Below, in pieces: positions 59,695 to 64,000 of a stretch of 64,000 bases of DNA. The position numbers and the translations under genes are program-made. The stretch is from Leidyana gryllorum EB-2025a. Lineage: Eukaryota > Protista > Apicomplexa. The stretch is from positions 62,001-126,000 of the forward strand of contig JBLWGC010000182.1 of the NCBI GenBank assembly GCA_048772705.1. Reading direction: 5' to 3'. Position 1 is the stretch's first letter. Each line of letters starts with the position of its first letter. The notes below the pieces were generated by a model that was not told the origin of the DNA, ran no database searches, and saw nothing but the letters and a program-made list of their open reading frames with translations.

Positions 59695-61251
59695 CTAATG
59701 ACCCGTGTATATCCGCGTGTAAAGGAGCGGGTCCTTGTTCTACAATTAGGAACCTCAGAGTATGTGAGCCAACGACCGACCATTGCTCGCTCACCAAAGG
59801 CATGTCTACAATTGCCCAAACCGCAAGAGCCATCGTTGTGACCAGAGACACGGTCGTCCTGTCCAGAAACGCGCGCGCCATTTGAACTTTGGGCACCTTT
59901 TCCGGCTCTTACCATAGAATGATTTGCTTTCGCTCGATACCAACGAACGTGAGGGTCAACTCCACTGCATTTCCGTCTCCCTCGTTGTCTCCCTTGCCGT
60001 CTCCTGCATCCTCATCATCGAGCGCTTGTTGTAACTTGGCGTCCCGCTCAATCCACATCAGATCATCGTGCAATTGGGCTTCAACTCCTTGGAGACGGCG
60101 ACGCTGCAATGTTGGGGTGACTCCTCATTTGTCGCACTGCAACTTGGGTATTACCGCTGGCATTCCGGAGACCTCGCGCGCCATTGACTCGACCGTATCC
60201 ATTCCCGCCCACACCTCAGTCGGGACGACGGTGCGGATGGCAGAGGCGGGCAGACTCTTTTGGAGAAGCTCAATACCAGTATAGAGTCGACCCAAGTCTT
60301 CTTTGTCAGCATAGCAAGTGAGCCCTTGAGTCAGAGTGATCAATACTACCGGTTTGACAGACTCCTCGGCGGCCAAAGGGATCGCTTCTTTGACTCGTTG
60401 AATTGTAGCGGCTTCCAGCACCAACAATTTATCACACTCGTCGCGTACCAGGAATCCTTGAGAAGGAGACACCTTTTCCCTTCCTTTGCATTGGTCTCTC
60501 CTCTTACCTTTCCAATGTCCGGGGATCCGTAGTTTTTTGACGTTGACCGTATCGAGGTTGGCAATGGAGTCGGTCAGTTCCCGCTGAACCTCGCGTAAGG
60601 CCTCGTGGAAGGGGAGGGAAGCCGTGGGGGGCGTCTGGGCGACGTATTTGTTGTTGAAGTGCATCAGCGATGGTACATCAGAGATGATTGAGAAGTCCAG
60701 AGCCACAGACTCATCACCATCATTCTCAGCAAGATGCTCTTCATCCCCGTCGTCGTAGGTGCCAAGATTCTACCGATCACAAGACCCTTTTCAGAACTGC
60801 CTCACACCTCCCCGGTCTCACCTGTCCATGGACTTCGATGATCCGATCAATCAGAGTGTGGCGTGCGAAAGCAGTGACTGTGTGAGTCGCTTCTCCTTTG
60901 ACCACAAAGTTGGTGCCAAAAAGAGGTCCGAGAGCGTCAATCTTGTCGTGCCCTTGAGGGAAAGACAGGGTACTATACACCTGAGCAACAACACAAGATG
61001 GCACATGAATCAGAGAAACTGACTGAGAGAGGCTCACCAGAGGTTCAACTGTGCCATCACGCAGATTATCTTCCAGGAGTTTCCGCAGCGACTTGGCAGA
61101 CTTGATGTTGTAGCCTTGCATTCGCTCTGGAAGCATGACCCTACCTTGAGCGGCCATGGCCGTGCCGAGTAGAGCGGCTCCCTTTTATTGCAATGAAGGC
61201 GACTGGTGCAGGTCAAGCACTTACGGCTGCGAGCAATGCCGCCAGCTTCAT
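59695..61251 (-). CDS. Type I membrane protein, ATP6AP2/(pro)renin-receptor-like V-ATPase accessory subunit
   Basis: Signal peptide MKLAALLAAGAALLGTAMA (spliced), RRRL site, IILW-TM helix and tail DMPLNKDPLLYT*. Confidence 0.65.
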
Positions 61252-61342
61252 GCTAGATCCCGGCCTTTTTGGACAGACTTGTCAACGCGGTAGTCAAAGA
61301 GGTCCTCGTAAAATTTCAAGCCAGTCTCCATGCTGGCGAGCA

Positions 61343-63666
61343 ATGGTCGAGCTCCAGTCAGGCAATCCCGAAGTCATTCGTGACACCTACTCTTACATCA
61401 CCGCCCAGCTCAGGGACAGTGAGCCTGACGTCGTGGAGGCTTTCTTTTCCAATGAGGGCGTAATCAACATGCTCCTGGCAGGCCTCCCAACACCATGTAA
61501 ACTCCTCGTTAGTAGACTCGCGCCTTTGAAGGAGGCGTGTCCGTGGCATCCCCTTATCTCTTGGGTCGCCGGCAACCATAAACTCCTGAAAGAGATGGTC
61601 TCACCGCTAAGAAGAATCCGCGCTCTCATCGTTACACCAATTGCTCCTTCCTCTGGTTCCGCTACGAATGCTCCCCGCTCGGAGACGGAAGTCTCACAGT
61701 CCTCCAGTCAAGTTGCTGCCGGACAACCGCCCAAAATCAGTCTCTGCAAGTTCATTCTCCACAGAGCATTCCGCGACACCTATATCGCTATGGTTCAAAG
61801 CAAACCACCACCCAATCGCTTCTCTTGCCTCCGTCATCTAACTCCTGAGGAAGAATATGCAATGTGTCCTGCCGACGCCTCCACGCTGCAGACTTTCGCT
61901 CAACGCCAATGGAGTAACGTAAGTACTCCGTCTCTCCTCTCTTTCTATGTCTCATCGTCCTTGGTCACAGCTACTCAAATGGCTGTTCGCGACATCTGTG
62001 TCTCAACCGTCTCGTGCTGGAGGCGCTCTTGGCTCTATTGATAAAGTCCCTCCCCAGCGACCTGGGCAACCCTTAGAGAAAGTTCTCAATCTCAAACATC
62101 TCGTGACCCCTCCCGACCCCCCGACCATAGCAGGTGGCGATCGAGCCAAGCCGCGCATCTCGAGAGCAGCGTTTCAATGGCTTCTATCCGATCTCAACGA
62201 ACAAGTTACCACACTTCTCCTCGCGTATCTGGACTCGATTCTGTACGGATTGGATGCGGACAAACCGCAGGCACCTGTCCCAGAAGTGTCAAAGACAGCA
62301 CCCTTGCGTTGCGCCAGAGTGGCCGTCCTGCTGGCGAGTATCGCTCAAGCCAAGATAGGTCAGCCTCTGGTGCTCGACCGCATCAACAAGGACGAGGAGA
62401 ACTTTGTAGGAATCTGTCGGGATATCGGTGTTGTCCTAACGGGCTCCACGACATTGAATGGCGTGTCGTATAAGTTTTTGTGCCCCACACCCCTCGCCCA
62501 TATTCTGACTGTTGATGTCAGTCGCGACATTACCTGTCCTGACGGCTGGTGTCTCTCACAAATGTTTGGTGCTCGTGCTTATCAAGACTGGCAAGAAGCT
62601 GGTTCTATTCGACGATTCGCGTTGCCGAAACAACGGTACCATATGTGTTGTTTGAAACGGAGTAATCAAGTTCTGCCTCCACTGCATATGGAGGGGGAGG
62701 TGGACTGGTTCGGACCCTCGGATCCCCTGTCTGAGTATCCGACCGGAGACGCGGGTCGTCCGCTCACAGGCTACGCAACGCCAGCACCCAACACACAAGC
62801 GGGCAGAGCGCCAGATTCAGTCAAGGCGCGGACCAAAATCATCGCAAATGTGCCGTCCGGCAAAACCAGAGGGATTGTTGTGGAATCTAACTTCCGCGTC
62901 TTTGCCTATCGGCCTGATCAACTCGAAGAGTCCGTGCTCTGTAAGTGTGCCTGCCTTGCAGTCGGCGTTTGCTGCTAATTCGCTCTTTGCGTTTCAGCTA
63001 ATCTCTGTGAAATCCGTATTGTGTCGCCAACTTTAATCGTCGGAGTTTTAACGAGAGACAGTGTCATGAAGGCTTTCATTTACGGACTGACAGCGAAGCA
63101 GATTATCAAATTCTTCGCAAGTCACGCTCACCAAAGTGTTAAGAAGAAAGCACACAGCAAAGTTCCGAAAGGTGAGTGACCCATTATCGTCGGGATTGGA
63201 GAATATTGCGGCGGATTTCTCAGGTCAAGACAACAACGACTGGCTGGAGTCCAATGCCGGCGCTCACTTCTGCCTGCCGGAGAACGTGAGCAACCAGCTG
63301 GAGCTTTGGGAGGCCCAGAGATCGAGTATCTCCATGTTTGAAGCCACTCTTTTTGAGTTCTCCGAAGAACAGGACCTCGTCCTGTTCCCGAATTTGGTAG
63401 CTCGGGCCAAGCTGAATGGAATGGTGCTCTGCCACACTCCGATCACGGCAGCAGAAAGTATAGTCGGAAGCGAGGACTGGAAGAACTGGAAATCCAACAT
63501 TATGCGCCGCCTGCGCACAACGGCTCGACTGAGCCAAGGGGAGCTCTTGGAGTGTGGGAACTGGTTCGCAAATGGGGCAATTCTTGTGGTTAGGGCGCAA
63601 AATAGGCATGAGGTCGCGAAGATCCTGAAACAGGTCCGAACCGCCCCAAGAGTGAACACCAGCTAG
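61343..63666 (+). CDS. TFB2: TFIIH subunit p52/Tfb2, multi-exon
   Basis: GIVVESNFRVFAY, VGVLTRDSV.KAF..GLTAKQIIKFF.SHAH, LPENVSNQLELWE. Confidence 0.9.
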
Positions 63667-63709
63667 ACGGTCAATTTTTTGACTGTTAGATCGATCAATC
63701 TCCTACATA

Positions 63710-64000
63710 ATGGGACTATTCAGGAGCAGCAAGAGGGAAGGAGAGTCTCCATCATCAGACAGAGCCCGAGCCGCGTCTCTGAACCGATTTGGGTTCCGAA
63801 GGCACAGAGCCGAAAAGGGGGACGACGGCGGTCCAGGAGGATTGAGTTTTTCACGGCGGAGGTCCCCGAAGAGTGCAGTGGAGGAGCGAAGACATAGTGG
63901 AGGCTCTACTGAAGCGGGCAGCAGTCTCCATAACAAGGTCAATGATGGGAATTTGACAGTGCGAGTGAGTGTGCCGTGCATTGTCTACATGGTCGTTGCA
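63710..64000 (+). CDS. 5' part of a hypothetical gene running off the window
   Basis: ATG 63710 MGLFRSSKREG.. open to a gtgagt donor near 63966. Confidence 0.45.
   Translation, partial: MGLFRSSKREGESPSSDRARAASLNRFGFRRHRAEKGDDGGPGGLSFSRRRSPKSAVEERRHSGGSTEAGSSLHNKVNDGNLTVRVSVPCIVYMVVA

Noticed and set aside
61249-61252. Overlapping opposite-strand start codons in one CATG
   Set aside because: TFB2 similarity begins after ATG 61343, so the upstream plus-strand ATG is probably not used

Overview
Gene-dense eukaryotic DNA with many short GT-AG introns (mostly ~35-55 nt) and very short intergenic gaps. The beta-tubulin signature (..[12 protein letters not shown]..) and gene content point to an apicomplexan, most plausibly a gregarine (inference). 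About 30 mostly housekeeping genes can be reconstructed: CPA2 and CPA1 antiporters, CK1, P5-ATPase, CtIP/Sae2, SLC35, DnaJ, beta-tubulin, PP1 inhibitor-3, UFD1, ENT, proteasome beta4, a tyrosine phosphatase, MCM5, Rrp41-like, AIP1, FAD synthase, ATP6AP2-like and TFB2. Two regions stand out. (1) An apparently intronless, all-plus-strand accessory island at ~21.3-34.1 kb holds a plant-type UDP-glycosyltransferase, a broken Hsp70 and five highly diverged tandem paralogues of a family I do not recognise, sharing an N-terminal leader. (2) A ~424-nt non-coding stretch starting 10 nt after a tRNA-Pro(AGG) folds into a multi-branched structure closed by a terminal helix and is a candidate undescribed tRNA-linked ncRNA (RNase P/MRP-like or telomerase-like features). 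Exon boundaries and base pairings were derived by eye and are not computed.
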